Source: Thermodesulfobacteriota bacterium (GTDB lineage: Bacteria; Desulfobacterota_D; UBA1144; Nemesobacterales; Nemesobacteraceae). From it: a stretch of 64,000 nt of DNA. The translations under genes were made by a program, and so were the position numbers. The notes beneath the pieces are model-generated. The model was not told the DNA's origin, ran no database searches, and saw nothing but the letters and a program-made list of their open reading frames with translations. Below are positions 19,885-30,461 of this stretch, piece by piece. The stretch is from the NCBI GenBank assembly GCA_965229995.1, contig OZ245933.1, positions 16,792-80,791 on the forward strand. The letters are read 5' to 3'. Positions within the stretch are counted from its first letter, which is position 1, and the number at the start of each line of letters is the position of its first letter.

Positions 19885-20679
19885 TCATGCCTTGCCGAAG
19901 TGATTAAGGGGACCATGGCCCTTCCCTATCTCCAGAGAATGTCTTATCGCCTCTGTGACAAAGGCTTTCGAATTTTCCAGGGAAACCGAAAGAGACATTC
20001 CCTTTGCAAGAAAAGCGCATACGGCCGCCGAAAAAGTGCAGCCGGTCCCATGGGTGTTTTTCGTTTCGATTCTCTCGCAAACGAGCTCTTCAAATTTTTC
20101 CCCGTCGAAAAAAACGTCCGTCGCAGGATAGTTTTTACCAAGATGTCCCCCTTTTATGAGAACCGTTTTTGCTCCGAGGGAGTGGATTTTTTCGGCGGCG
20201 GTTTTCATATCGCTTATGTTGCTTATACTCACCGAGCTCAGTATTTCCGCCTCGGGTATGTTGGGAGTCACTATAAGCGCCCTTGGGATAATCTCTTCTC
20301 GTAGAAGTCCCGTGGAGTTTCTTAAAAGAGCGGTTCCGTCTTTTGAACGCATTACGGGGTCGACAACGAGTTTTTCGATTCCGTACCGGTCTATTTTCTC
20401 AGCTACCGTCTCGACGATTTTTTCATTGGAAAGCATCCCGAGCTTTGCCGCGTCGCAGCCTATGTCGTTCATCACGGCGTCAAACTGGAGTCCCACGAAC
20501 TGCTCCGGCAGGTCATGTATGCCGCTTACTTCCAAGGTGTTCTGGGCGGTAACGGAGGTGAGCACGGAAAGTCCGTACACCCCTAGGGTGGTAAAAGTTT
20601 TGAGGTCCGCCTGGATCCCTGCCCCTCCGCTTGAATCGGACCCGGCGACAGTTAGCGCTCTTGGGATTTTTTCCGGCAC
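19885..20679 (-). CDS. thiD: Hydroxymethylpyrimidine/phosphomethylpyrimidine kinase
   Basis: [23 protein letters not shown]-terminal motif and the C-terminal [10 protein letters not shown] motif. 264 aa. Confidence 0.9.
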   Translation of the reverse strand: MPEKIPRALTVAGSDSSGGAGIQADLKTFTTLGVYGLSVLTSVTAQNTLEVSGIHDLPEQFVGLQFDAVMNDIGCDAAKLGMLSNEKIVETVAEKIDRYGIEKLVVDPVMRSKDGTALLRNSTGLLREEIIPRALIVTPNIPEAEILSSVSISNISDMKTAAEKIHSLGAKTVLIKGGHLGKNYPATDVFFDGEKFEELVCERIETKNTHGTGCTFSAAVCAFLAKGMSLSVSLENSKAFVTEAIRHSLEIGKGHGPLNHFGKA

Positions 20680-20819
20680 GTAAGGATTCTACAAATTCGC
20701 CCGTTTTTTTACAAACCCGCCGCTGGCTTCTCCGGCGCGGGGTTTGCGGGAATTGAAAACTGTTTTCAGTTGTATATAATTTCCCTTCACGCTAAACGAT
20801 CGTTTAAGGAGAGGGTGTC

Positions 20820-21227
20820 ATGAGCGAAGATCTTTTCAGACAGGATTTGTTTACAACGGACGATGAGGGCAGAGTGAGGCTGATCGCGGGTTACTGCAAG
20901 GAATCCGACAACTGGACCTTTCCAAGATACCTCGCGGATCCCGTGAGTTTTACAGACGACATAGAGGAGAAATTTCTCAGCCCCACAGGCGTTCTGCATT
21001 CCTTTACGGTCGTGAGAAGAAGCATGCCGGAATTCAAGGTGCCATACGTTCTCGCTCTTGTCGATTTTCCAGAAGGCGTAAGAGTCATGGCGCAGGTTGA
21101 AACTGGGGATCCCGACTCTCTTGAGTTCGGTGAGGAGATGGCCGTTACGGTCGGGGTGATAAAGCAGGCGCCTGACGGGTCGGATATCAGTTCCTACAAG
21201 TTTATCCCGGTAAGAGAGTGTTCCTGA
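20820..21227 (+). CDS. DUF35 OB-fold protein (ChsH2/acyl-CoA-associated Zn-ribbon/OB family; zinc ribbon degenerate)
   Basis: The central segment GVLHSFTVVRRSMPEFKVPYVLALVDFPEGVRVMAQVE...GEEMAVTVGVIKQ...YKFIPV matches the DUF35 OB-fold. Only one Cys remains in the usual CxxC...CxxC region. A TATAAT element lies about 35 nt upstream. Confidence 0.6.
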   Translation: MSEDLFRQDLFTTDDEGRVRLIAGYCKESDNWTFPRYLADPVSFTDDIEEKFLSPTGVLHSFTVVRRSMPEFKVPYVLALVDFPEGVRVMAQVETGDPDSLEFGEEMAVTVGVIKQAPDGSDISSYKFIPVRECS

Positions 21228-21331
21228 TCGGTAGAATTTCCCGGTTTTCTTTTTTCGGTTTAGAAACCGGCAGAAGGGAATTCTAAGTCCCGTAGTTTGC
21301 AGAACATAGAACTGTTTGTGAAGCCTAATAA

Positions 21332-21634
21332 ATGGTTACCTACAATAGCACTCTTTCTATCCGCCACAAAGGATTGCGTCGGTTGATCGAGGATGACAAC
21401 CCCCGGTTCTTGGGGCATGATTTGGTGGACCGTATACGTAAGATCCTTACGGCACTTATTCTGGCTGAGCACATGGATAGTTTTATCTCCGATGCACCAC
21501 CTAGGTGGCGTGTTCACCGGCTTTTGGGTGGTCGGCAAGACGAATGGAGCGTTTCGGTATCTGGCAATTGGCGGATCACGTTTGAAGAAGATGATGGTTA
21601 TATTTACCGCTTGAACTCGGAGGATTATCACTAA
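21332..21634 (+). CDS. higB: HigB-like toxin (RelE/ParE superfamily, plasmid maintenance system killer)
   Basis: 100 aa. The C-terminus GNWRITFEEDDGYIYRLNSEDYH matches the HigB family ending (..WRI.F.w.dg.a.dv.ivDYH). It overlaps by 1 nt with the downstream antitoxin (ATGA). Confidence 0.85.
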   Translation: MVTYNSTLSIRHKGLRRLIEDDNPRFLGHDLVDRIRKILTALILAEHMDSFISDAPPRWRVHRLLGGRQDEWSVSVSGNWRITFEEDDGYIYRLNSEDYH

Positions 21635-21939
21635 TGGCTGATAAAAGCATTAAAGTAAATATGACCCCTTCGCATCCGGGTGATTTTATCCGCACGGAAA
21701 TCGTTGAAGAATTGGGTCTGACCGTGACTAAAGCGGCTGAGATTCTGGGGGTTCGCCGGGCAACACTTTCTGATTTGCTGAACGGCAAAACCGCACTGTC
21801 GCCGGAAATGGCTTTGCGCATTGAGAAGGCTTTTGGGATGGGCATGGATATGTTGTTACGGATGCAGGCTTGGCACGATGCCACACAAATGCGAGCTCGC
21901 GCAAGTGAAATCAGTGTCCAGCGCTATGAACCTGCTTGA
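21634..21939 (+). CDS. higA: HigA antitoxin (XRE-family HTH addiction-module antidote protein)
   Basis: PGDFIRTEIVEELGLTVTKAAEILGVRRATLSDLLNGKTALSPEMALRIEKAFGMGMDMLLRMQAWHD is the canonical HigA/VapI HTH. It immediately follows higB. Confidence 0.85.
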   Translation: MADKSIKVNMTPSHPGDFIRTEIVEELGLTVTKAAEILGVRRATLSDLLNGKTALSPEMALRIEKAFGMGMDMLLRMQAWHDATQMRARASEISVQRYEPA

Positions 21940-21976
21940 CCGAGAGCAGCTGTTTTTGAGGGATCAAGCCGGTTTT

Positions 21977-23338
21977 TCAGCAAATTTCGTTGATCGTTTC
22001 TTTAAGCGTCCTTTCTACAGTTTCCCTTATTTCCGCAAGCCGTGATTCTGTCTGAGCTTCAAACCGAAGCACAAGGGCTGGCTGGGTGTTAGACGCCCGC
22101 AAAAGCCCCCAGCCGTCTGGGTACTCAACCCTGACTCCGTCTATGTCAATTACTTCGTTTTTTTCTCCAAGCTTTTTCTTTACCGCTTCTGTCACCTGAA
22201 ACTTGATTTCGTCGGGACAGTCGATTCTTATCTCAGGAGTCGCGAAGGTCTTGGGGAGTCCTGAAAGCAGTTCCGATGCTTTTTTGCCCGTTTTCGAGAG
22301 AATTTCTAGAAATCGAAGTCCGGCGTAAAGCGCGTCGTCGTATCCGAAAAACCTGTTTTTAAAGAAGATATGACCGCTCATCTCCCCTCCCAGTTCCGCG
22401 TTTTCCTTTTTCATCTTGTCCTTGATCACCGAGTGGCCCGTTTTCCACATGATGGGATTTCCGCCGGCTTCCCGTATCTTGGCGAAAAGATTCCCCGAAC
22501 ATTTAACGTCCCCTATTATGGTTGCTCCCGGATTCGTTTTGAGAAGGTCAAGCGAATAAACGAGAAGCAGCATGTCTCCGCTAATTGAGTTTCCCAGTTC
22601 GTCGACAATCCCTATCCTGTCCGCGTCCCCGTCAAATGCCAAACCCACGTCAAGGCCGGCTTCCACAACCTTTTTCTTTATGTCCGAGAGATTCTCCTCG
22701 ACTGTGGGATCCGGGTGGTGGTTCGGGAAATCTCCGTCGGGGTCCATGTAAAGCTCATGAAGCTCGCAGCCGAATCTTCTGAGTATCTGCGGGCAGGTGA
22801 CCCCGGCTGTTCCGTTACCGCCGTCGGCGGCGACTCTTATCCCCGGTTTTATGTCAAGGTTCTGCTCAAAAAATTCCAGATACTGTTCAGTTATATCCGT
22901 CTGTCTTGTTTTTCCTTCCCCCGTTTTGAATTTTCCCTTTTCGACCGATCTTCTTATTTCCTGTATACCCTCGCCGAAAAGGGAGTTCTGGCCTACGCAC
23001 AGTTTAAGCCCGTTATACTGGGAGGGATTGTGACTTGCCGTCACCATCACCCCGCCGTCAACGCCTGATGCGAAGGTGGAGAAATAAACCATGGGAGTAG
23101 TTACCATTCCGATATCAATCACGTCCACGCCGGTTGAATTTATTCCTTGGCAAAGGGCGTCGCGAAAGGAGGGAGAGGATTTTCTGCAGTCGTATCCCAC
23201 GGAAACCTCCGTGCCGCCTGCCTCGGCTATCATGCTTCCGTAGGCCTTTCCGATTCTCTCGACTACATCTTCGGTGATGCTCTCGCCCGCTATGCCCCTT
23301 ATGTCATACTCTCTGAATATCGTTTTATCGAGAATCAA
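21977..23338 (-). CDS. Phosphomannomutase/phosphoglucomutase
   Basis: Active-site TASHNP motif, the metal-binding DGDADR loop and GEMSGH sugar-binding motifs. 453 aa. Confidence 0.85.
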   Translation of the reverse strand: MILDKTIFREYDIRGIAGESITEDVVERIGKAYGSMIAEAGGTEVSVGYDCRKSSPSFRDALCQGINSTGVDVIDIGMVTTPMVYFSTFASGVDGGVMVTASHNPSQYNGLKLCVGQNSLFGEGIQEIRRSVEKGKFKTGEGKTRQTDITEQYLEFFEQNLDIKPGIRVAADGGNGTAGVTCPQILRRFGCELHELYMDPDGDFPNHHPDPTVEENLSDIKKKVVEAGLDVGLAFDGDADRIGIVDELGNSISGDMLLLVYSLDLLKTNPGATIIGDVKCSGNLFAKIREAGGNPIMWKTGHSVIKDKMKKENAELGGEMSGHIFFKNRFFGYDDALYAGLRFLEILSKTGKKASELLSGLPKTFATPEIRIDCPDEIKFQVTEAVKKKLGEKNEVIDIDGVRVEYPDGWGLLRASNTQPALVLRFEAQTESRLAEIRETVERTLKETINEIC

Positions 23339-23409
23339 TGTTAATGCGCTCCATTGTTTTTTAAGACCTTAATTATAATGTCCCCGGTGATTTATAAAAG
23401 GCGTCCTTC

Positions 23410-24933
23410 TTGACTTTAGTTCTTCGAGTCTTATCATTTCCTTTCATGATTTCTCCCTCCTACGAGCAGTTCCTCGAAAACCTCAAACGCGGGAATCTTG
23501 TGCCTGTGTGGGAGGAGTTTTTGGCCGATTATGATACCCCGGTTTCGGTTTTCAAAAAGATAGACTCATCCGATTACTCTTTTCTTTTTGAAAGCGTAGA
23601 GGGTGGAGACAAGTGGGCGCGCTACAGCTTCTTGGGCATAGACCCCTCGATAGTTTTCCGCTCAAAGGGCCGCAGCGTCGAGATAATACGCTCGGACGGG
23701 GAATCCGAAACGTTAACGGGCGATCCAATTCTGGTGTTAAGGGACCTGCTTTCGCGCTATAGGCCGGTTTCCTCCGAGGAACTGCCAAGATTTCACGGGG
23801 GAGCAGTCGGTTATTTCGGTTACGACATGGTCAGATTTATCGAGAACATTCCCGACACTTCACCGGATGATCTCAAGCTCTGGGATTCCATTTACATGGT
23901 CATGGATACCGTCTTGGCATTTGATAACGTCACGAACAAGATAAAAATCATTTCAAATGCCTATGTTCCCGACATAAACGAGGCGAGAGAGCAGTACGAA
24001 AAATCCTTGGCGAAAATAGCCCAACTAAAAGACAGGCTTAGAAATTCCGTCGTTGCGACGTTTTCGGACAATCTTTCTCTGGAAGATACCGAGGAAGAAT
24101 TCAAGCTTGAGTCCAATTTCGAACCCGCCCAATTCAAAGAAGCGGTCCTGAGAACGAAAGAATATATAAAATCGGGGGACATAATACAGGCGGTTATATC
24201 ACAGAGGTGGAAAACGGACCTCAGGGTAGACCCTTTTGATCTCTACAGGGCGCTTAGGATACTTAATCCCTCCCCGTACATGTTTTACCTCAGGATGGGC
24301 GATGAGATACTTACCGGATCCTCCCCCGAGGTCATGGTGAGGGTTGAGGGGAAAAGAATCGCGAGTCGCCCGATAGCCGGGACCAGGCCCAGGGGGAAAA
24401 CCGTTTCCGAGGACGATGGACTTGCAGACGAACTCATCGCGGATCCCAAGGAAAGGGCCGAACACATAATGCTTGTCGACCTCGCGAGAAACGATCTGGG
24501 AAGGGTATCCGAGACGGGTTCGGTCAGAGTTGACGAGTTCATGATTGTGGAGAGATATTCCCACGTGATGCATATAGTTTCTAACGTGACGGCCCTGCTT
24601 GCCGAAGGGGCCGATGCCTTTGACGTTATAAAGGCGACTTTTCCTGCGGGTACCCTTTCAGGGGCGCCCAAGGTAAGGGCGATGGAGATAATCGAGGAGA
24701 CCGAACCGGGAACGAGGGGAGCCTACGGGGGCTGCGTTTGCTACTTCGGTTTCTCGGGCAACATGGACAGCTGCATAACCATAAGAACCTTCGTGATAAA
24801 AGACGGTAAAATCTACATACAGGCCGGGGCTGGCATAGTGGCCGATTCAAACCCGGAAACCGAATATCAGGAAACGGTGAACAAGGTAAAAGTCTTGGTG
24901 AAATCCGTTGAGTTGGCGGAGGGTGGACTCTGA
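23410..24933 (+). CDS. trpE: Anthranilate synthase component I
   Basis: N-terminal LLES...RYS Trp-feedback element ([19 protein letters not shown]) and a chorismate-binding C-terminal domain (IAGTRPRG....D..L...[16 protein letters not shown]). A glutamine amidotransferase gene follows. PabB cannot be fully excluded. Confidence 0.75.
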   Translation: MTLVLRVLSFPFMISPSYEQFLENLKRGNLVPVWEEFLADYDTPVSVFKKIDSSDYSFLFESVEGGDKWARYSFLGIDPSIVFRSKGRSVEIIRSDGESETLTGDPILVLRDLLSRYRPVSSEELPRFHGGAVGYFGYDMVRFIENIPDTSPDDLKLWDSIYMVMDTVLAFDNVTNKIKIISNAYVPDINEAREQYEKSLAKIAQLKDRLRNSVVATFSDNLSLEDTEEEFKLESNFEPAQFKEAVLRTKEYIKSGDIIQAVISQRWKTDLRVDPFDLYRALRILNPSPYMFYLRMGDEILTGSSPEVMVRVEGKRIASRPIAGTRPRGKTVSEDDGLADELIADPKERAEHIMLVDLARNDLGRVSETGSVRVDEFMIVERYSHVMHIVSNVTALLAEGADAFDVIKATFPAGTLSGAPKVRAMEIIEETEPGTRGAYGGCVCYFGFSGNMDSCITIRTFVIKDGKIYIQAGAGIVADSNPETEYQETVNKVKVLVKSVELAEGGL

Positions 24934-25523
24934 TGACCAAAGGGAAAAAGAAGACGATTTTGATGATCGATAATTATGATTCCTTTACCTACAACCTGGT
25001 TCACTACCTAGGAGAACTCGGCCAACAGGTTGAGGTGAGGAGAAACGACTGTCTTGATTTTGATTTCGTAGATGATCTTGACCCTGACATGATAGTGATT
25101 TCGCCCGGGCCCTGCACACCCAAGGAAGCGGGGCTTTCAGTTGACATAATAAAAAGGTACGTCGGAAAAAAACCCATTCTCGGTGTCTGCCTTGGCCATC
25201 AAGCGGTTGGCTATGCCTACGGGGCGAACATAGTCCGGGCTGAGAGACTTTTGCACGGAAAAACCTCCCCGATTATCCATGACGGAAAAACCTCTTTTCG
25301 TGGTCTTCCGAATCCTTTTGAAGCTACAAGATACCATTCGCTTCTCGTTGAAGAAGGCTCTCTTCCGCCCGAATTCGAGATTTCCGCTTGGACCGAGGAA
25401 GGTGAAATCATGGGGATAAGGCACAAAGAATTTCCCGTTGAAGGCGTGCAGTTCCATCCTGAGTCTATTCTTACCGAATGCGGGAAAGATCTTCTCAGAA
25501 ACTTCATTGACTTCTACGGGTGA
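24933..25523 (+). CDS. trpG: Anthranilate synthase component II (class I glutamine amidotransferase, TrpG/PabA-like)
   Basis: 196 aa with the catalytic GVCLGHQ Cys motif and the HPES His/Glu motif. Start codon overlaps the trpE stop (ATGA). Confidence 0.8.
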   Translation: MTKGKKKTILMIDNYDSFTYNLVHYLGELGQQVEVRRNDCLDFDFVDDLDPDMIVISPGPCTPKEAGLSVDIIKRYVGKKPILGVCLGHQAVGYAYGANIVRAERLLHGKTSPIIHDGKTSFRGLPNPFEATRYHSLLVEEGSLPPEFEISAWTEEGEIMGIRHKEFPVEGVQFHPESILTECGKDLLRNFIDFYG

Positions 25524-25634
25524 TTTCTAAACCTCTTACCCTGAAAGCGGGGGATTAAAACTTCTCTGTAAAACTGCAATTAGGATGACGCATTGCCCTG
25601 AGAGCCAATGAATTCAAAATACCGGAGTTTTCCG

Positions 25635-25666
25635 TACAATCTGAAAGTAGTACTTTCAAATTGTAC
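25635..25666. promoter_or_regulatory. 32-bp near-perfect palindrome (GTACAATCTGAAAGT-agt-ACTTTCAaATTGTAC); putative operator
   Basis: Inverted repeat with 14 of 15 positions matching, centred on AGT, in the 358-bp leader of the first acyl-CoA synthetase gene. Confidence 0.45.
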
Positions 25667-25881
25667 AGAGTTCAGACGAGGTTTTTTGGCGTTTGGTCAA
25701 GCTTTTCGGGCAATATTTCCTGTCAATTCCCCTTCTTTTAATGTCCAAGCAAGCGTATGGATACTAGGCAGCGTTAGCCGCTTTTTTTCAGGTAAACTAG
25801 GACGGTCAGAATGAACGACGGTTAAAAACCGTCAAAAGCGCCAACTTACTATTCTGAAACCAAAATACGCAAGAGGAAAAA

Positions 25882-27600
25882 ATGAAACTGCCTTTGCGTC
25901 CGAGAGACGAAAAATACATAGGAAAGGGAACTCTTCCCAATGGTCCCTTAGATGACACGGACAAATGGCTTCCTATAACGAGGTATCTTGAAGCAGGAGC
26001 AGAATCCTATCCCGAAAAAACGATGTTCAGCCTCGGGGATTCGGACGGCAAAGTGGTAGAAACCTACAGCTACGAGGAAACCAACACTTGGACAAACAAG
26101 GTGGCAAACGGTTTTGTCGGGGAGTTCGGCATAAAAAAAGGGGATAAAGTAGGCATGTACATGCTCAACTGTTCCGAATACGTTATATCGATTATTGCCG
26201 CGCATAAATCAGGCGCTGTCCAGGTTCCGATAAACAAGGACGAAAAGGGTGAAAGGCTTGCTTACGTAATAAACTATTCGGAGATGCGGGTGCTTGTAGT
26301 TGACGAACAAAGCCTCCCTTATGTAAGCGAGATAGCGGATAGACTCGAGAATCTTGAAGCGATTTTCCTTGTCTCAGGCGAAGTTCCGGCGGACATCGGA
26401 GGCATAAGGACGCTTCCTTTTTCCGTTTTGGAGCAGTACTCATCCGAAAACCCCGGAATCGACGTGACAATTGCTGATAAGGAAAGATGCATGTTCACTT
26501 CCGGCACCACAGGGATGCCAAAGGGGGTTATCCGCGATCACGGAGGGGTAATAATGACGGTCCGCTCCTTCATACAGCAGCAGGGGCTCAGAAGCGATGA
26601 CGTTTTGATGACTGTTCTTTCCCTGGGGCACGCAAACGCCCAAGTGATGTGTCTTTTCGTTTCAATAGCCGTTGGTGGCTCCGCCGTTTTCTTCTCGAGG
26701 TTCTCCGCTTCCAATTTCTGGAAATGGGCAGCCGGCTGCGGTGCGACCGGGGCGAATATGCTGGGGGCGGTGCCCGAATACATATGGGCTTCTCCTCTAT
26801 CGGAGTGGGATTCCAAGCACGGAATAAGGATGATGCTTTCTGGGCCCGCGCCGAAAAAGCTTCGTGAGTTCGAGGAAAGGTTTAACACCAAGATAGTGGA
26901 AGGTTACGGCTCGACTGAGATGGGGATGCCGCTCTGGAAAGACCCCGAGGATGAGGAACCCAGTTCCTGCGGATTTCCCGTTGAGGGATACCATCTTGAA
27001 ATAAGGAATCCGCAGAACACGGACGAGATCATGGAAAAACGCTGGGACGTGAATGAAAACCCGACTCCAGCCGAGGAGGAAAAAGGACTTCTTTTCATAA
27101 AGCCCTTAGTTCCGCACACGACCCTCGATGAATATTTCAAGGATGAGAAAAGGACGAAAAACGCTTTTGACGATCAGGGCTTTTTCAATTCGGATGATCT
27201 GTTCGCCGTGGGAACCGACGGCAGATACTACTTTATGGGCCGTTACAGCAGGATACGCGTTTCGGGAGAAAATGTGGATCCGGTAGCCGTGGCCGATGTC
27301 TCGGAGGAATACCCTTCTGTTCGGGAAGCTGTGGCCGTGGGCCTGAGACTGCCCGACATATCGGATGACGAGATCAAGCTTAACTTGATACTTAAGGAAG
27401 GAGCGGATTTTGATCCCGTGGAATTCTGCGAGTGGATGGCCGAGAAAGTCATGGTGGCCATGGTTCCTAGGTTCATTGAAGTCTATGAGGAGTTTCCGCT
27501 CACCTCGACGCAGAAAATCGCGGTTTCCGAGCTTAAAAAGATATCCGACTCAACTTGGGACAGGCACAAAAGCGGACTTAAGCTCAGGTCAAGAAAGTGA
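25882..27600 (+). CDS. AMP-dependent synthetase/ligase (acyl-CoA synthetase family), paralogue 1
   Basis: AMP-binding motif TSGTTGMPKGV, the GYGSTE motif and a C-terminal ligase domain. 572 aa. Confidence 0.85.
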   Translation: MKLPLRPRDEKYIGKGTLPNGPLDDTDKWLPITRYLEAGAESYPEKTMFSLGDSDGKVVETYSYEETNTWTNKVANGFVGEFGIKKGDKVGMYMLNCSEYVISIIAAHKSGAVQVPINKDEKGERLAYVINYSEMRVLVVDEQSLPYVSEIADRLENLEAIFLVSGEVPADIGGIRTLPFSVLEQYSSENPGIDVTIADKERCMFTSGTTGMPKGVIRDHGGVIMTVRSFIQQQGLRSDDVLMTVLSLGHANAQVMCLFVSIAVGGSAVFFSRFSASNFWKWAAGCGATGANMLGAVPEYIWASPLSEWDSKHGIRMMLSGPAPKKLREFEERFNTKIVEGYGSTEMGMPLWKDPEDEEPSSCGFPVEGYHLEIRNPQNTDEIMEKRWDVNENPTPAEEEKGLLFIKPLVPHTTLDEYFKDEKRTKNAFDDQGFFNSDDLFAVGTDGRYYFMGRYSRIRVSGENVDPVAVADVSEEYPSVREAVAVGLRLPDISDDEIKLNLILKEGADFDPVEFCEWMAEKVMVAMVPRFIEVYEEFPLTSTQKIAVSELKKISDSTWDRHKSGLKLRSRK

Positions 27601-28554
27601 GCCTGAGATAAAATACAAAAACGCCGCGTAAACTATAAGCAGAAGTGCTCCTTTTTTCTTCCCGACCCTGTTTCTTCCCGTCCTGGTTTTTACGATTAAC
27701 AGCGCGAAAAGAACGGTAAGCAGAATAAGAAACGCGAATTCAGACATGTTTCCGAACATATTCCGGTTTACGTCTATGGGCCGTATAACCGCAACAAGAC
27801 CCAAATACCCGAGGTTAAAGAAATTGCTCCCTATTATGTTGCCCACGACTATGTTCTGCTCTTTTTTCCACGCGGCTGCAAGCGAAGCGGCAAGTTCCGG
27901 GAGGGACGTTCCGAGGGCTACCGCCGTTACTCCTATGAACAGTTCGCTTATTCCAAGCTGCGTGGCGATATCTATAGCGCTTTTAACCAGAAGGTGCGCG
28001 CTTCCCGCGAGAAGCACTGAACCTAAGACCACGTAAAAAAGAAGTTTCCACCCGCCGTCGCCTTGAGACCCGGGCAAAGCCTCGTTTTTTTTCTGCCTTG
28101 ATTTTATGTATGGGATAAATAGAAAGGCGGTAAGCAGAAAAAACAGCAGCACCCCTTCGTCTCTTCCGAGCGAAAATCCCGTGCGGCTGAGACCGTAAGC
28201 GGCAAAAGTTATGAGCACTAAAAAAAGAAGCGGAAGTTTCAGTTCCCCCCACGCTTCTTTGCTTATTACTATGGGACTTATAAGAACTGTCAGGCCAAAA
28301 ATAAGCCCGATGTTAGCGATATTGCTCCCGACCATGTTTCCGACCGCTATGTCGCTTGAACCTTCTACGACTGCCACTAGGGAGACCATGAATTCGGGAA
28401 CGGACGTTCCGAGTGCCACCACGGTGAATCCCGCTAAAAAAGCACCCATTCCGGTGAACTTTGCGATTCCCGCCGCGCCTTTAACAAGGAGGTGCCCCCC
28501 TATCGAGAGAACCACAAAACTCAGGATAAAAATCAGTAGATTTGAAATTTCCAT
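27589..28554 (-). CDS. Na+/Ca2+ exchanger family membrane protein (CaCA, YrbG-like)
   Basis: Two internally repeated alpha-repeat regions (GTSVPE..., GTSLPEL...) and about 10 TM segments. 321 aa. Confidence 0.8.
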   Translation of the reverse strand: MEISNLLIFILSFVVLSIGGHLLVKGAAGIAKFTGMGAFLAGFTVVALGTSVPEFMVSLVAVVEGSSDIAVGNMVGSNIANIGLIFGLTVLISPIVISKEAWGELKLPLLFLVLITFAAYGLSRTGFSLGRDEGVLLFFLLTAFLFIPYIKSRQKKNEALPGSQGDGGWKLLFYVVLGSVLLAGSAHLLVKSAIDIATQLGISELFIGVTAVALGTSLPELAASLAAAWKKEQNIVVGNIIGSNFFNLGYLGLVAVIRPIDVNRNMFGNMSEFAFLILLTVLFALLIVKTRTGRNRVGKKKGALLLIVYAAFLYFISGSLS

Positions 28555-28626
28555 CAGATCAGAAGCAGGATTCAGGCCGTATCCGGCAGGTCAGGAGTTT
28601 TTTCAAGAACCGGGAAAGAACAAGGT

Positions 28627-28655
28627 TTGCAATGAAGCACCGATTACCCTATAAT
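28627..28655 (+). promoter_or_regulatory. Consensus-like sigma70 promoter TTGCAA-N17-TATAAT
   Basis: TTGCAA at 28627-28632, a 17-nt spacer, TATAAT at 28650-28655. It lies about 70 nt upstream of the second acyl-CoA synthetase start. Confidence 0.5.
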
Positions 28656-28724
28656 ACTTTGGGTTTTTTTTATTGCGTTTTTTTCATTTCCAAGCAATAC
28701 AAACTGTTCAGGAGGTTACAGTAA

Positions 28725-30446
28725 ATGCAATTATTATTCAAACCGCGCGAAGCTACCTATCTGGGAAGTGGAGATCTTCCTTTCGGCAAATTTGAGGACA
28801 CTTCGTTGTGGGAACCGATAACTAGAAATCTTGAAAGAGGTGCCGAAAGCTTTCCGGAAAAAGCGATGTTCAAGGTCGGAGACAGGGACGGAACCGTCGT
28901 CGAAAGCTACACTTACGCGGAAACCAACGCCTGGGCAAACAGGGTGGCAAACGGTCTTTCCAAGGAATTCGGCATAAACAAAGGGGACAAAGTCGGCATG
29001 TACATGCTCAACTGTTCCGAGCACGTGATATCGATTATAGCCATACACAAAGCCGGCGGCGTGCAGGTTCCTATAAACAAGGATGAAAAAGGGGAAAGAC
29101 TTGCCTACGTGATCAACTATTCAGACATGAGAGCTCTTGTTATTGACGAGGGAAGCATCTCTTTCATAGAAGAAATTGGCGACAGCATTGATCATCTTGA
29201 GGTGGTTTTCGTAACGGTTGACAATCCTCCTGAAAAAATCGGGGGCATAAAAGCCCTCTCTTTCTCAGAATTCGATAAATACGACGACACCAATACCGGG
29301 GTGGAGGTCACTACCGCGGACATGGAGAGATGCATGTTCACATCCGGTACCACCGGTATGCCCAAGGGGGTTGCAAGGGATCACGGAGGAGTGATCATGA
29401 CGGTCCGTTCTTATATTCAGCAGCAGGGAATAAGGAGCGATGACGTGCTTATGAGCATACTTTCCCTCGGCCACGCAAACGCCCAGGTAATGTGTCTTTT
29501 CAGCGCCATGGCGGCCGGGGCCACTGCCGTGTTTTTCCCAAGGTTCTCCGCTTCCAATTTCTGGAGGTGGGCGGCCGGGTGCGACGCGACGTCCGTTAAC
29601 ATGCTGGGAGCGGTTGCCGAGTACCTGTGGGCGGCGGCCGAGAGCGAGTGGGATCAGAAGCACAACGTAAGGATACTGCTGGGTTCTCCGGCTCCGAGAA
29701 ACTTAAAAGAGTTCCAGGAAAGATTCGGAGTCAGGGTAATAGACGGGTACGGCTCGACCGAGATGGGCATGGTTCTCTGGAAAGATCCCGAGGATCATCG
29801 TCCTGGCTCGTCTGGTTTCCCAATGGAGGGATATTACGTGGAACTCAGAGACCCCGAAGACACTGACACCGTTGTAAGGGCATTTTGGGATCCTACAGAC
29901 GACATTACTCCTCCTGATGACGCCAAGGGGCTTCTTTTCGTAAAGCCGCTTGTTCCGCATACGACCCTCAATGAATATTTCAAGGACGCGAGAAGAACCA
30001 GAGAGGCGTTTGACCAGGACGGTTTCTTCAATTCCGACGATATATTCGCGAAGGGTATCGACGGGAGATACTATTTTGTCGGAAGGTTCAGCCGCATCAG
30101 GGTTTCAGGTGAAAACGTGGATCCGGTAGCCGTGGGAGACGAGGCGATGCTCTACCCTGCGATTCAGGAAGCCATAGCGGTCGGTGTAAGGCTTCCGAAC
30201 GTTTCAGATGACGAGATCAAGCTCTGCGTGACGCTCCAGGCGGGTGAGGAATTCGATCCGATCGAGTTCTCCAAATGGATGGCTGAAAGGATTATGGTGG
30301 CCATGGTGCCCAGATTTATAGAGGTTTACGACGAGGGATTCCCGGTAACTGCGACGCAGAAGGTCAAGGTCGCCGAAATAAAGGAAATCACAGACAAAAC
30401 CTGGGACAGAAGCAAATCGGGTCTTAGGTTAAGCTCGAGAAAGTAG
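28725..30446 (+). CDS. AMP-dependent synthetase/ligase (acyl-CoA synthetase family), paralogue 2
   Basis: Collinear with the 25882-27600 paralogue along the whole length (roughly two-thirds identity by eye), including the same motifs (TSGTTGMPKGV, GYGSTEMGM, FIEVY.E.P.T.TQK). Confidence 0.85.
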   Translation: MQLLFKPREATYLGSGDLPFGKFEDTSLWEPITRNLERGAESFPEKAMFKVGDRDGTVVESYTYAETNAWANRVANGLSKEFGINKGDKVGMYMLNCSEHVISIIAIHKAGGVQVPINKDEKGERLAYVINYSDMRALVIDEGSISFIEEIGDSIDHLEVVFVTVDNPPEKIGGIKALSFSEFDKYDDTNTGVEVTTADMERCMFTSGTTGMPKGVARDHGGVIMTVRSYIQQQGIRSDDVLMSILSLGHANAQVMCLFSAMAAGATAVFFPRFSASNFWRWAAGCDATSVNMLGAVAEYLWAAAESEWDQKHNVRILLGSPAPRNLKEFQERFGVRVIDGYGSTEMGMVLWKDPEDHRPGSSGFPMEGYYVELRDPEDTDTVVRAFWDPTDDITPPDDAKGLLFVKPLVPHTTLNEYFKDARRTREAFDQDGFFNSDDIFAKGIDGRYYFVGRFSRIRVSGENVDPVAVGDEAMLYPAIQEAIAVGVRLPNVSDDEIKLCVTLQAGEEFDPIEFSKWMAERIMVAMVPRFIEVYDEGFPVTATQKVKVAEIKEITDKTWDRSKSGLRLSSRK

Positions 30447-30461
30447 ATTTCCCGTTTATCC

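Noticed and set aside
20680-20819. TPP riboswitch upstream of thiD.
   Set aside because: No CUGAGA and ACCUGAUCUGGAUAAUGCCAGCG-like elements on the minus strand. The region instead carries a TATAAT promoter for the divergent DUF35 gene.
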